A stretch of 64,000 nucleotides of DNA from an uncultured Phycisphaerales bacterium (GCA_963844715.1 CAWJPJ010000007.1:1280001-1344000), one strand, 5' to 3'; numbered from the stretch's first letter, positions 54,369 through 64,000 are shown. Notes: generated by a model from the letters alone, not told the origin. Numbers and translations: made by a program.

Positions 54369-54788
54369 ATGAAATCGACCTTAATCTCGTCACTCGTTTT
54401 CCTGGCTTTCCTCCCCTTGATAGCGGCTGCGGAGCGCCCGACGTCATTCGTCGGGAAGTTCGTTGTAGATGAAAGCACCTGGGAGCGAGAAGCTCGGACG
54501 GCCGTTCAGCAGAACAAAGTCCAATTGACCTGGAGCGTCGATGAAATGGTCGGGTGGATTAAATACCTTTCCGCTGGTTATCCCTCCATCGAAATCAAGC
54601 CGAATGGCGCATACGTGCTGAGATCGCCTTTCTTTGGCGTCGCTCATGGCCAATGGCAATTGAAGGATGGCACGCTGATCGCCAGCCCCGATAAAGTGCA
54701 AACCGAGGTAACGGAACCGGGATTCAGCGCGGTGCCGTTTTCGATCAGCCTGCGCGGGAGTGTATCGATACGCTGGAGCTGCCGATGA
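54369..54788 (+). CDS. Secreted hypothetical protein
   Basis: Signal peptide; G.W..KDGTL lipocalin-like segment; C-terminus uncertain. Confidence 0.55.
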   Translation: MKSTLISSLVFLAFLPLIAAAERPTSFVGKFVVDESTWEREARTAVQQNKVQLTWSVDEMVGWIKYLSAGYPSIEIKPNGAYVLRSPFFGVAHGQWQLKDGTLIASPDKVQTEVTEPGFSAVPFSISLRGSVSIRWSCR

Positions 54789-54918
54789 ACCCTCCAATCT
54801 TCCACTCCAACTCGTTAGCCCTGAATAGGTTGCCGCGGCGACCAAGTTCGAATGACTGAATGGCCGGGAGGGGCGGGTCTGTCGTCTGCGGCATTTCAAT
54901 TATCGACTTTTTCTCTTC

Positions 54919-54988
54919 ATCCGCGCCCATCCGCGAAATCCGCGGTTAAAAAGAATTTAGACCGCGGATTTCGCGGATGGGCGCGGAT
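54919..54988. repeat. Perfect 28-bp inverted repeat with 9-nt ATCCGCGnn periodicity
   Basis: ATCCGCGCCCATCCGCGAAATCCGCGGT ... ACCGCGGATTTCGCGGATGGGCGCGGAT. Confidence 0.9.
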
Positions 54989-55002
54989 AAGAAAAGGCAG
55001 TC

Positions 55003-55902
55003 TCATCGCAGGTTCTGGTGCAGCCAGACGAGCATTTTCGGCAAATAGCTCGGATCGAATTTATCCCAATCCTTGAACTCGTGCCCGGCGCCTTGGACGT
55101 CTATCATCTCCACTGAATCGCCGGCGTTGAGGAGTCTGGCCCAGAATTCCAAGACTTCCTGATGCGGAACGCCATGGTCGTTCGTGCCTTGCATTAGTAG
55201 AAACGGGGGGAGATTCGGTTTGATGTGGTTGACCGCGGACATGTCTTCGAGTTGAGCCGTGATTTGGGGATCCAGTTTTTTCGGATGGCCAGTGAGGTTT
55301 TGTAGGCCTTTACTCAGGCCACCCGATCTTAGTTTGCAATCCATGACGAGATCAGTTGGCGGAGCGAGCGCGACGACGGCTTGAACGCGAGTCGAGTCGT
55401 CAGCGATTGTTGCGGCTAGGCAGACGAGGTGGCCGCCCGCGGAGTGGCCCATCAGGGCAATGCGAGTGGGATCGCCTTTAAATTCCCCGGCGTGCGCTTT
55501 CGCCCAGCGAATGGCGGTTTGCACGTCCTCCAAACAATCCGGCCAGCGATTGGCCGGGGCCAGCCGGTAGTTGATGCAAAAGGTCGTGAAGCCGGCCTGT
55601 TTCAATGGCCCGACCAGCGAGTCGAATTCGTGCGCCTTATCGCGGCTGGTCCACCCGCCGCCATGGACCAGGATGATGACGGGATACGGACCGGAGCCCT
55701 CGGGCTCGCGGGCGTCCAACAAAAGCTTTTGATCCCCGGCTTGGCCGTATTGAATATCGTGTTGGACCGTCGAGCAGCCCGTCGCCAGAAGTATTACCGT
55801 CAAGGCCCCCGCTATGACGGATAGACTTCGAGCGCGAAAAAATACGACGGATTTGGTAACCAGAATTCTCTCGGCGGCCTTGGCGTCTTGGCGGTTAATC
55901 AA
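55003..55902 (-). CDS. Alpha/beta hydrolase (HSL-type esterase), likely lipoprotein; true start uncertain
   Basis: [32 protein letters not shown] lipobox. Confidence 0.9.
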   Translation of the reverse strand: MINRQDAKAAERILVTKSVVFFRARSLSVIAGALTVILLATGCSTVQHDIQYGQAGDQKLLLDAREPEGSGPYPVIILVHGGGWTSRDKAHEFDSLVGPLKQAGFTTFCINYRLAPANRWPDCLEDVQTAIRWAKAHAGEFKGDPTRIALMGHSAGGHLVCLAATIADDSTRVQAVVALAPPTDLVMDCKLRSGGLSKGLQNLTGHPKKLDPQITAQLEDMSAVNHIKPNLPPFLLMQGTNDHGVPHQEVLEFWARLLNAGDSVEMIDVQGAGHEFKDWDKFDPSYLPKMLVWLHQNLR

Positions 55903-55955
55903 TTCGCTGGACCTCGAATGGTAAAAATCCCGGAAAGCAATTATATCAGGGGGTT

Positions 55956-57490
55956 ATGGCCAAGAATATTAAGTCGCGGGCTGAGGATTATTCGCAGTGG
56001 TATCTGGACGTCATCAAGGCGGCGCAGCTCGCGGATTACTCGCCGGTGAAGGGGTGCATGGTGATCCGCCCGGAGGGGTTCGCGGTTTGGGAGGCGATTC
56101 AGCGGGACTTGGACCGGCGCTTTCGTGAGACCGGTCATGTGAATGCCTATTTCCCGCTCCTGATTCCCATGAATTTTCTAGCCAAGGAGGCGGAGCATGT
56201 CGAGGGGTTTGCGATGGAATGCGCGGTGGTGACGCATTCGGCTTTGGAAAAAGCGGATGGGGGTTTGCGCCGGCGGGTAAGCTCGAAGAGCCGCTGATTG
56301 TCCGGCCGACCAGCGAAACGGTCATCGGGCATATGTATTCACAGTGGGTGCAGAGCTATCGCGATCTGCCGATTCTGATCAATCAATGGTGCAACGTGAT
56401 GCGCTGGGAGATGCGCACACGGCTGTTCCTTCGCACGGCCGAATTCCTCTGGCAAGAGGGGCATACGGCTCACGAAACTGCCGAGGAGGCGCAAGCGGAG
56501 ACGCTGCGCATGCTGGACGTGTACGCGGATTTTGCGGAGAAGTTTCTAGCGCTGCCCGTGATCAAAGGGAGGAAGACCGATGCGGAAAAGTTTCCAGGGG
56601 CGCAGACAACCTATGCGATCGAGGCGCTCATGCAGGATGGGAAGGCGCTGCAATGCGGGACGAGTCATTTCCTGGCGCAGAATTTCGCCAAGGCGTTTGA
56701 CATCAAGTTCCTCGGTCGCGATCAGAAGACCGAATTTGCGAACACGACGAGCTGGGGAGTGAGCACGAGGTTGATCGGGGCGATCATCATGGCGCACAGC
56801 GACGATGACGGGCTGGTCCTGCCACCCTACGCGGCGCCGACGGTGGTGGCGATCGTGCCGATCTTCAAGAGCGACGCCGAGAGACAGGCGGTTCAGGAAT
56901 TTGCCGACAAAGTCGTCGCGGCGCTGGCGGGGCCGAACGAAGTGGCCGCGGGGATGGCGCGGCTGTCGTCCGACGGGCTGCGCCATTATTTCGTGGATTC
57001 GACGACCGCACAGAAGATCGTGGTCGACTGGCGGGACGCACGCCCGGGAGACAAACAATATCACTGGGAACAGCGAGGCGTGCCGCTACGGATGGAAATC
57101 GGACCGCGAGACGTCGCGGCCGGGACCATGGTCCTCAAAAGGCGTTTTGATCGCGAAAAATCGACGGTAACCCTGGCGGAACTGTCCCCACAATGGCTAC
57201 GGGGGCGGATGGAGCAGATCCATCAGGCGATGTACGAGAAGGCCAAGGCATTCCGCGATCAAAACACGCGCACGGCTACGACTTATGACGAAATGAAGAA
57301 GATCCTGAGCGAGCAGGGGGGATTTGTGCGGGTCTGGTTTGAGCCGAATAAGGCGGTCGAGGCGAAGATCAAGGAACAGACCAAGGCGACCGTTCGCTGC
57401 ATTCCGCTGGATCAGCCCGGCGGCAGCGGGCCTTGCATATTTAGCGGCCAAACTACCTCGACCCAGGTTCTATTTGCCCAAGCGTATTAG
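55956..57490 (+). CDS. proS: Proline--tRNA ligase, archaeal/eukaryote-like type (frameshift ~56268)
   Basis: [45 protein letters not shown]-terminal ATVRCIP...FAQAY. Confidence 0.95.
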
Positions 57491-57619
57491 GGGGCGATTT
57501 CAATAACTTGCTGCGGTGGGATGGGTTGCATCTCGCCATGCCCCGTTTTTTTGTCGCTAAATTGCGCAACTTAACTACAATTTGGGTTAAGATCGTAAAA
57601 GGAGAGGTGGGCTGTAACT

Positions 57620-58804
57620 TTGGCGGATGTTACAACGCAACTTCGCGAACAGGACGTAGCGGTCCGCTCCACATCTGCCGCGCAAGTCGAGGAATTAAAA
57701 CGCACTGTGCATCTTTTGCGCGAGGCGTTGGATGCGAACTCGGATACGATCTTCGTCAAGGACCTCGACGACAAATATCTATTTCTTAACGTAGCCGGAA
57801 CAGAGCGCTTCGGGCAGCCGCTGTCCGCGGTTCTCGGGCGCGACGTGACCGCGGTGTTCGATGCCGAGAGTGCGGCAACGTTGCGGGAGCTGGACGAGCA
57901 GGTGATGGAGACGGGGCTGCCGAACACATCGGAGCGAACGCTGCGCGTGCCCGGGGAGGAGCCGAAGATTTTCGTCGCCTGCCGCGCGCCGTATCGGGAC
58001 CCGGACGGGAAGATCATCGGGGTGATCGGGGTTTCTCGCGACGTGACGGAGCAGCGGCGGCTGGAGAGGATCACCGATCAGGCGCGGGAGCAGATCGCGC
58101 ATCTGTCGCGGGTGGCGTCGGTGGGGGAAATGGCTTCGAATCTGGCACACGAACTGAATCAGCCGCTGACGGCGATCCTAAGCTACGGTGGGGTTTGCCT
58201 GGACTCCGTAAAACCGGGCGGCACGGCGAAACCCAACGAGGAGATGGCGGAATATCTGTCGGAATTGTGCAAGGAGGCGAGCCGTGCCGCGGCGATCATC
58301 CGCCGGCTGCGGGCCTATCTTTGCAAGCAATCGCCCCTGCACACTCGGCAGGACATCAAACGTCCGGTCGAGGAAGCGGTCGAGTTGATGCGGCACATGT
58401 TTCAGCGTGCCGGAATGCGGCCGCGGCTGGATATCGCCTCCGATCTCCCCGAGGTCGAGGTCGATTCGGTGCAGATTCAGCAGGTGCTGATCAATTTGAT
58501 TCAAAATGCGCTGGACTCGATGGACAAGCTGGATTCGGAGGAGAAGAGGCTGGTGATCCGCGTGGCGGCGACATCATCGGGGCAGGTGCGCGTCAGCGTG
58601 ATCGACGGAGGCGCGGGCGTCTCGGCGGCGATCTCCGGCAAGATTTTTGAATCGTATTTCACCACCAAGCCGCAGGGATTGGGGCTGGGATTATCGATCT
58701 GCCGATCGATCGTGGAATCGCACGGCGGCAGGCTTTCGGCGGCGGCGAATGCGGATAGGGGAATGACGTTCGAATTTTCTTTACCGCCGGCGGGCCGAGC
58801 TTAA
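57620..58804 (+). CDS. PAS-domain histidine kinase (FixL-like)
   Basis: PAS domain; LAHELNQPL H-box; QVLINLIQNA, DGGAG, FTTK..GLGLGL. Confidence 0.93.
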   Translation: MADVTTQLREQDVAVRSTSAAQVEELKRTVHLLREALDANSDTIFVKDLDDKYLFLNVAGTERFGQPLSAVLGRDVTAVFDAESAATLRELDEQVMETGLPNTSERTLRVPGEEPKIFVACRAPYRDPDGKIIGVIGVSRDVTEQRRLERITDQAREQIAHLSRVASVGEMASNLAHELNQPLTAILSYGGVCLDSVKPGGTAKPNEEMAEYLSELCKEASRAAAIIRRLRAYLCKQSPLHTRQDIKRPVEEAVELMRHMFQRAGMRPRLDIASDLPEVEVDSVQIQQVLINLIQNALDSMDKLDSEEKRLVIRVAATSSGQVRVSVIDGGAGVSAAISGKIFESYFTTKPQGLGLGLSICRSIVESHGGRLSAAANADRGMTFEFSLPPAGRA

Positions 58805-58829
58805 GGCGTTCCGCGCGAGTCAGGCGTAT

Positions 58830-59453
58830 ATGGAAATGCAAACGATGGCGTCGGCAGCGACTGTGTTCATCGTCGATGACGAGCCGAGCGTTCGGCGCGC
58901 CCTGCGCGTGGTTGTGGAATCGGCGGGGCTATGCGCCGAGACATTCGCCTCGGCGGAGCAATTCGTGCGGCAATATCGCTCGGCAGGGCGCGCCTGCCTG
59001 CTGCTGGATCTTCGCCTGGAAGGGATGAGCGGGCTGCAACTGCTCGACCTGCTGCGGAAGCGGAAGGTGCGCCTTCCGACGCTTATGATCTCAGGCCATG
59101 GCGACATCCGCACCGCGGTTCAAAGCATGAAACTGGGCGCGATCGACTTCCTGGAAAAGCCGCTGGTTCACGACCAATTGATCGAAAAGATCCGGCATAC
59201 GCTGGACACGGCGGAGTCAAGAAGCGATTCGGGGAACGGTCCCGAAATCATGCGGTCATTGACGCCACGGGAAATACAGATCGTGAAATTGCTGATCGCG
59301 GGAAAATCGAGCAAGCAAATCGCGGCCGAACTTCAGGTCGCATACCGAACCATTTGCAATCATCGTGCTCATCTCCTGGCCAAGACCGGCGCGGAAAACA
59401 CGGCGGCGCTCGTTCGCATGGCGATGGACGCGGGATTGGGCGACGTGGCATAG
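58830..59453 (+). CDS. FixJ/LuxR-type response regulator
   Basis: VFIVDD, LLLDLRL, DFLEKP, LTPRE...HR HTH. Confidence 0.93.
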   Translation: MEMQTMASAATVFIVDDEPSVRRALRVVVESAGLCAETFASAEQFVRQYRSAGRACLLLDLRLEGMSGLQLLDLLRKRKVRLPTLMISGHGDIRTAVQSMKLGAIDFLEKPLVHDQLIEKIRHTLDTAESRSDSGNGPEIMRSLTPREIQIVKLLIAGKSSKQIAAELQVAYRTICNHRAHLLAKTGAENTAALVRMAMDAGLGDVA

Positions 59454-59878
59454 GAATTAATGACTATGACTGCATTGCGCAAAAATCCTTCATGAAAATT
59501 CTTATGGCTTGCCGCGGATTAACCGGGTGGGCACACATCCGATTGGAGGGGGGCATTTTGGCCGATATATCCCCTTTATTCAGTGACAGTTGGCATCGGC
59601 AGCAGCGTGCCCCGCGGGGTTTAACACGTTTGAAGTATTAAGATGCCTCCACGGATAAATGTTACAAGGCCGGGCGCCGGGCCGGAGTTAGCGGGCTTCT
59701 CTCGTTTTGACCGGTGTTTTGGATTCGGCTATTGCCTATTCCCGGCAACGTGATTGCCGTCACATTGCGCCTGCGGTAGTTGCTATGATCGGACCCTGCG
59801 AACGCGAAATCATTGCAATAAAGTTAATTTAATGGTGTCGGCTCTGCCGAAAAATGGAGTGTTGGATTTTTCATTTCG

Positions 59879-60286
59879 GTGGAGCAAACGGTGACCTTAA
59901 TGGCTGATGCAAGCGCCGACGCTGGAAGCAAGCGGCCGCGCATTCTGGTGATCGAGGATCATACGCCGACGCGATTGGCGATGGGTAAGCTCATCCGCCA
60001 GGCGGGGGCCGACGTGGTTACCGCGCGGGATGGGGAAGAGGGCCTTAAGTATCTGATGACACAACGGTTTGACGTGCTGCTCACGGATCTGCGCATGCCG
60101 GTCATGGACGGATTCGAGTTGTTGCAGCATTGCGCAAAACTTCCCCCGAGTCATCGCCCGGCGCGGGTGGTCGCCATCAGCGGCGAATACGAGGCAGGCG
60201 TCCTTCACGGTCAGCCGGTTCAGTTCCTGTCCAAGCCGTTCAGTCTTTCCGCGCTGCTGGATGTGATCGGCGGCAAGCCGAACTAG
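59879..60286 (+). CDS. Single-domain response regulator (CheY-like)
   Basis: ILVIED, TDLRMPVMDG, FLSKP. Confidence 0.9.
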   Translation: MEQTVTLMADASADAGSKRPRILVIEDHTPTRLAMGKLIRQAGADVVTARDGEEGLKYLMTQRFDVLLTDLRMPVMDGFELLQHCAKLPPSHRPARVVAISGEYEAGVLHGQPVQFLSKPFSLSALLDVIGGKPN

Positions 60287-60305
60287 GGCGCGGTACGAAT
60301 CCTTC

Positions 60306-61556
60306 TTATCTAACGCAGGCAAAGAGCATTCGGCCGTAGTTCTCGCCGAAGGGCGCGACCCCGTCCTCGTCGGGGCCCAAAGGGATGACCTCGTTAAATG
60401 TGGTGTTCTTTTTCAGCCATGCCTGCACAAATTCCGGATTCCACAGCGGAAGGGTTTGCCTGAACCAGGACTCGGTGCATTGGCCGGTGTCGAAGAAGAG
60501 GACTTTTCCCGCGATGCGATCGATCAATCGGATGAACGTTTCGGCCGACAGGCTTTCCTCGCCCAGCGCGAAGTGATGCATGAGGCTGCAACAGCACGCC
60601 ACGTCGTAAGTTTGCGCAGGCGCTCCAGAAACCGCACGCAATCCATCCGGAAGAATTGGCGGGGCTGGAGTCCGTAGACGGCCTGGCCCACCATGGTGGC
60701 GACGGGGTCGAGTTCGACTCCGTAAGCGTCGAAGCCGAGCCGGGTCATCTCCCGGACGAACCAACCATACCCGCAGCCGATGTCGACAAAGCTTTGCGAT
60801 CTGGGCGGGAGGAGATTGTTGCCGCGAAGGAAGGCGTGCATTTTCTCGAAGCGGTCAGAGCATTTGCGGGTTTGAATCCATCGGTGTTTCAGTTCCGGAG
60901 CATCGACAGGCTGATAGACCAGGAACTTGCCCTTGGTCCACTGAACATCCATAAGAAGCGATTGAAGAGGCGTCAGGACGGGGGCCGGCTCAACGCAGAC
61001 CGAAACGTGCCCGAGTCCGCGCCACATGGGCAAGGGCGAGGCGGTGATGCCCGTCGATGACCTGATAGCAGTCGGAAAATTCGATGGGGCGAACGTGGAT
61101 GGGCATGCCGGGCCCGCTCTGGCCCTCCTGCGGCGCATACGCGGCCGGGTCGCCGCCGCTGAATGAAGCGATAAATCGGCGCACGACGTTCGCCACATCG
61201 TTTTCCGACCAGGCCTCGAAGTAATGCCCCATCAGGTCCACGCATTCGGCCCCATTCTTGAAATAGGGGGTTTGCTCGAGAACAGCGGGCTCGAAGAGGC
61301 GGTCGCCGATCTCCTGATACTGGCGAAGGAGCTGCGTGTGGGGAAATTGCTCGATCGATTGGGAGGCGCGCAGCAGATTGCCGGTCACCCGCGCGAGCGC
61401 GGCGGCGGAGACGCCGTTCTCGTCGCCCAGGAGGACTTTATCGAGGGTGATTTCGCGAAGCTGCGGAGCGGCCGGCGCAGGCGCGGCATCCCCGAGGAAT
61501 CGCCGGGCGCGCTGCCGAAGCCCGCGCGGAATTCTGGCAATGAGCGAGGCTACCAT
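60306..61556 (-). CDS. ParB/Srx-like domain fused to class I SAM-dependent methyltransferase (frameshifts ~61020 and ~60618)
   Basis: YQVIDGHHRLA motif; FVDIGCGYGWF; SLMHHF. Confidence 0.65.
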
Positions 61557-61769
61557 GCCCGCTCCAGACGCGGCATGCGCAGGAAACCTGTGACCAAATC
61601 GCCCCCCTTTTGGCGCTGAGGCTGAGGGTGAACTGACAGTGTGTTCCCGAATACCTTTTCGCCAGAATTGAGGGCCATCGCAAGCTGCGAGTACGAAACC
61701 GGCACTCCTTATTGGACGGAGTGCACCAGAGGTGGGAGTTTGTACCGATTGTAACGGCTGCGCGGCCGG

Positions 61770-62072
61770 TTACTTGATCGTGATGAAGTCGGCGACGCTG
61801 CTCAGGTCTTTGATGCTCTGCGGGGTGGCTTTAACGTCGGCCGAAGCGCCGCGGACGATATCGGGGTGAACCTTGTTCGGCCGCTTCGTCCAAATCTGCC
61901 CGCCACGGCGTTTGGGGAGTTCCTTGAAATTCCGGCTGCGGATTTCGATAGGCCGGCGGATCGCCTTATCCCGCATGAAAAGCCGCTCAAGCGTCTTGCG
62001 AGCCGCGGCCCGGTTGACGGTTTTGTTTATCGTAATGCGGACGGTTTTTCCGGGCTTTAAGTCGATGGCCAT
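61770..62072 (-). CDS. Small, highly basic hypothetical protein
   Basis: AAGGA RBS; MAIDLKPGKTVRITINK...KRRGGQIWTKRPNK. Confidence 0.7.
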   Translation of the reverse strand: MAIDLKPGKTVRITINKTVNRAAARKTLERLFMRDKAIRRPIEIRSRNFKELPKRRGGQIWTKRPNKVHPDIVRGASADVKATPQSIKDLSSVADFITIK

Positions 62073-62159
62073 GATGCGGTCCTTTTTGGTCGATTTAGGG
62101 GCGGGGAATATATAGCAGATTGGGAGTGGGGGCAAGTTAGTGCGAGAAGCGGTGATGGG

Positions 62160-62786
62160 CTACTTTGAATATTCAGGCTTGGCTGGCACAGTTCCACATT
62201 CCGGGCAGCGGCCTGGGGTGGCGCGGAGGTCGTACCCGCAGGTGGCACAGAGGCCTTGCGCGAACCGTCGGCGTTGCTTGGTTTCCCGGCGCTTCCATAG
62301 GGCGGCGAGGATCATCGCGGGTAAGAAGATGACCGCGAGAGGAAGAGTTATGCTCTGCTGGCGAACAATCTGCATAGGACGCTTTCCCATTTTGTCCGTT
62401 ACGAGGAATGAATCGCGATAGTTGAGATACACGATTTCAAAGCCCTTGAACCGAATATCAGTGGTGGGTGGCGTTTGCACACGTTGGTTGATGAAATATG
62501 GGTAGACGGGGGACCGGCTTGAAGTGTGCTCGAAGCGATGGCCCCACGGAATAAACCCATCGAGATCGCCGTGCCATTCCCAGTACTCGTGCCATAATTG
62601 CAGCCCTCCATGAGCGCAAACGACCTTTCTCGACTCCGTATAAATGTACGGCTGGAATGAGTCGTCGGTCCAAAGCAGAGAATCCTGAATCCAATAGCTT
62701 CGCACCCAAACTATGGCGGTGACCGCGGCCAGCAGCAGAGACAATGCCGCGAGCGCGCTGAGGAGCCATCGGTGTAGGCGTCTCAT
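62160..62786 (-). CDS. Membrane protein with C-terminal CxxCGYDLRATPxRCPECG zinc ribbon
   Basis: N-terminal TM plus WVRSY; second TM; CATCGYDLRATPGRCPECG. Confidence 0.8.
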   Translation of the reverse strand: MRRLHRWLLSALAALSLLLAAVTAIVWVRSYWIQDSLLWTDDSFQPYIYTESRKVVCAHGGLQLWHEYWEWHGDLDGFIPWGHRFEHTSSRSPVYPYFINQRVQTPPTTDIRFKGFEIVYLNYRDSFLVTDKMGKRPMQIVRQQSITLPLAVIFLPAMILAALWKRRETKQRRRFAQGLCATCGYDLRATPGRCPECGTVPAKPEYSK

Positions 62787-62815
62787 CAGGGAAAATTATA
62801 CCGCGCGACCGACGG

Positions 62816-63292
62816 TCAATTGGAATTCAAGGTCTTCGCGGGGACGGTTCCGCATTCCGGGCAGCGCTCTGGCGTGGCGCGGAGGTCGTAGCCGCATTGG
62901 GAACATAGATTCGTAAACATTTCGCAAAGAGTTTTCTCTGCGAAATATTTTCTGGAGTTGATGTGAATCGATATGCCAACAAACCCTTGAACGATGAAAA
63001 TCCACCAAGCGGCGGCAAATTCGTTGAAACGGACTAGCCAAAGCGCTGAGAGAAAGGCCAATAGAGCCAATAGCAATCCTAGCCAGGTTTGCCAGTGCCG
63101 GTACGCTTGGCCATGAGCGAGTCGGATTAGACGCCATCTCTCTTTGATTGGCAGCGCCCCTAGACCGGCCCGCACCGCGGGGTAGCTGTGTGATAGAAAA
63201 TACCACCGGATAGCACGCCAGAATTGAGAACTGGTGCGGCGTACGAAATTCACATGCTTCATCCTTTCGGACCAGCGCAACCAATTCCTCAA
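62816..63292 (-). CDS. Membrane protein with C-terminal CxxCGYDLRATPxRCPECG zinc ribbon
   Basis: Two TM segments; CSQCGYDLRATPERCPECG. Confidence 0.75.
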   Translation of the reverse strand: MRNWLRWSERMKHVNFVRRTSSQFWRAIRWYFLSHSYPAVRAGLGALPIKERWRLIRLAHGQAYRHWQTWLGLLLALLAFLSALWLVRFNEFAAAWWIFIVQGFVGISIHINSRKYFAEKTLCEMFTNLCSQCGYDLRATPERCPECGTVPAKTLNSN

Positions 63293-63462
63293 TCACCCGC
63301 GCATAACATGCCGAACTGGCGGCCAGCGCTCACCTGATTGATCCCACAGTGCTCATCATACGGAAAGTCCATTGTGGCATTGCGCCCTGAAAGGGGTTTG
63401 GGGGCCATTCCGTCCATATAAAGCGTGAGTTTCCAACCGCAAACCTGTGATAGAATTGCCCC

Positions 63463-64000
63463 ATGACCACCCAGTCGGCCCCCATCGCGGATGTTCGAAC
63501 ATTGGTGGACCGCGTGCTTCTGGATGCACTGCGGGAGCGGGCGAGCGATTTGCATTTGGAGCCGCAGGCCGATGGGTGGGAGATTCGGTATCGAATCGAC
63601 GGGATGCTGGAAACGCGGCAGCGCGTCGAGACGACCGTCGGGCGGGCCGCGGTCGCGCGGCTCATGGTGATGGGGAAATTGCTGACCTACCGACTGGACG
63701 TGTCTCAGGAGGGGCGGATCAGTTTCGAATTCGAGGGCAGAGAGATTGAGCTGCGGCTTTCGGTGATGCCTACGGTGCATGGATTGCGCGCGGCGGTGAG
63801 GATGCCGGCGGAATATCTGCACCCGGGGACTTTGGAGGAGCTAGGGATGCCGCCCGGGGTTTTGGAGGGGCTGCGGCGATTCGCCAGCGCGGAGTCGGGG
63901 ATGCTGATCCTCACCGGGCCCGCCGGCTCGGGGAAGACGACGACGATTTACGCGCTGCTCGCGCAGATTGTGGCAACTCAACCGGGGTTGAGCGTGATTT
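63463..64000 (+). CDS. GspE/PulE/PilB family secretion ATPase (5' part, truncated by window end)
   Basis: Manual translation: RASDLHLEP...RYRIDGML...QEGRI...LRLSVMPT...ILTGPAGSGKTTTIYA. Confidence 0.9.
   Translation, partial: MTTQSAPIADVRTLVDRVLLDALRERASDLHLEPQADGWEIRYRIDGMLETRQRVETTVGRAAVARLMVMGKLLTYRLDVSQEGRISFEFEGREIELRLSVMPTVHGLRAAVRMPAEYLHPGTLEELGMPPGVLEGLRRFASAESGMLILTGPAGSGKTTTIYALLAQIVATQPGLSVI

Noticed and set aside
2207..61556. Mass pseudogenisation suggested by ~20 split genes
   Set aside because: Breaks are single small indels in otherwise intact genes, including proS, ispG and trpC, with no visible accumulation of in-frame stops. Sequencing error is far more likely.

Overview
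A GC-rich chromosomal segment, most likely from a planctomycete of class Phycisphaerae. The assignment rests on an LExRxLLS-type secreted protein, three CxxCGYDLR-x-CPECG membrane proteins and a planctomycete-style ClpC. The window is mostly housekeeping and cell-envelope genes (clpC, argC, ispG, moaA, trpC, glyA, proS, ugd, WecA-like, LpxL-like, LemA/TPM, sulP, glycosidases, TPR-glycosyltransferases, a FixLJ-like pair). It also holds tmRNA, tRNA-Ser(GCT) and a fluoride riboswitch with its terminator in front of crcB and a tandem DUF190 gene. Two intact insertion sequences are present: an IS630 (53339-54364, TA duplication) and a 2.8-kb IS1595-family element (31249-34047, 23-bp TIRs, 8-bp target duplication). 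The IS1595 is the best candidate for an undescribed system: it carries a large unannotated 256-aa antitoxin-like protein overlapping a PIN/VapC nuclease, plus a small terminal ORF. About 20 genes, including normally essential ones, are split by 1-2 nt indels. I read these as long-read consensus errors rather than pseudogenes, and many fall at GCGC, suggesting a methylated motif. Other patterns are apparent leaderless promoters, several families of intergenic palindromes, and a shared terminal LP[VI][VI] motif on both Fe-S enzymes. No CRISPR array or prophage was seen. All calls come from reading the sequence; no database searches were run.
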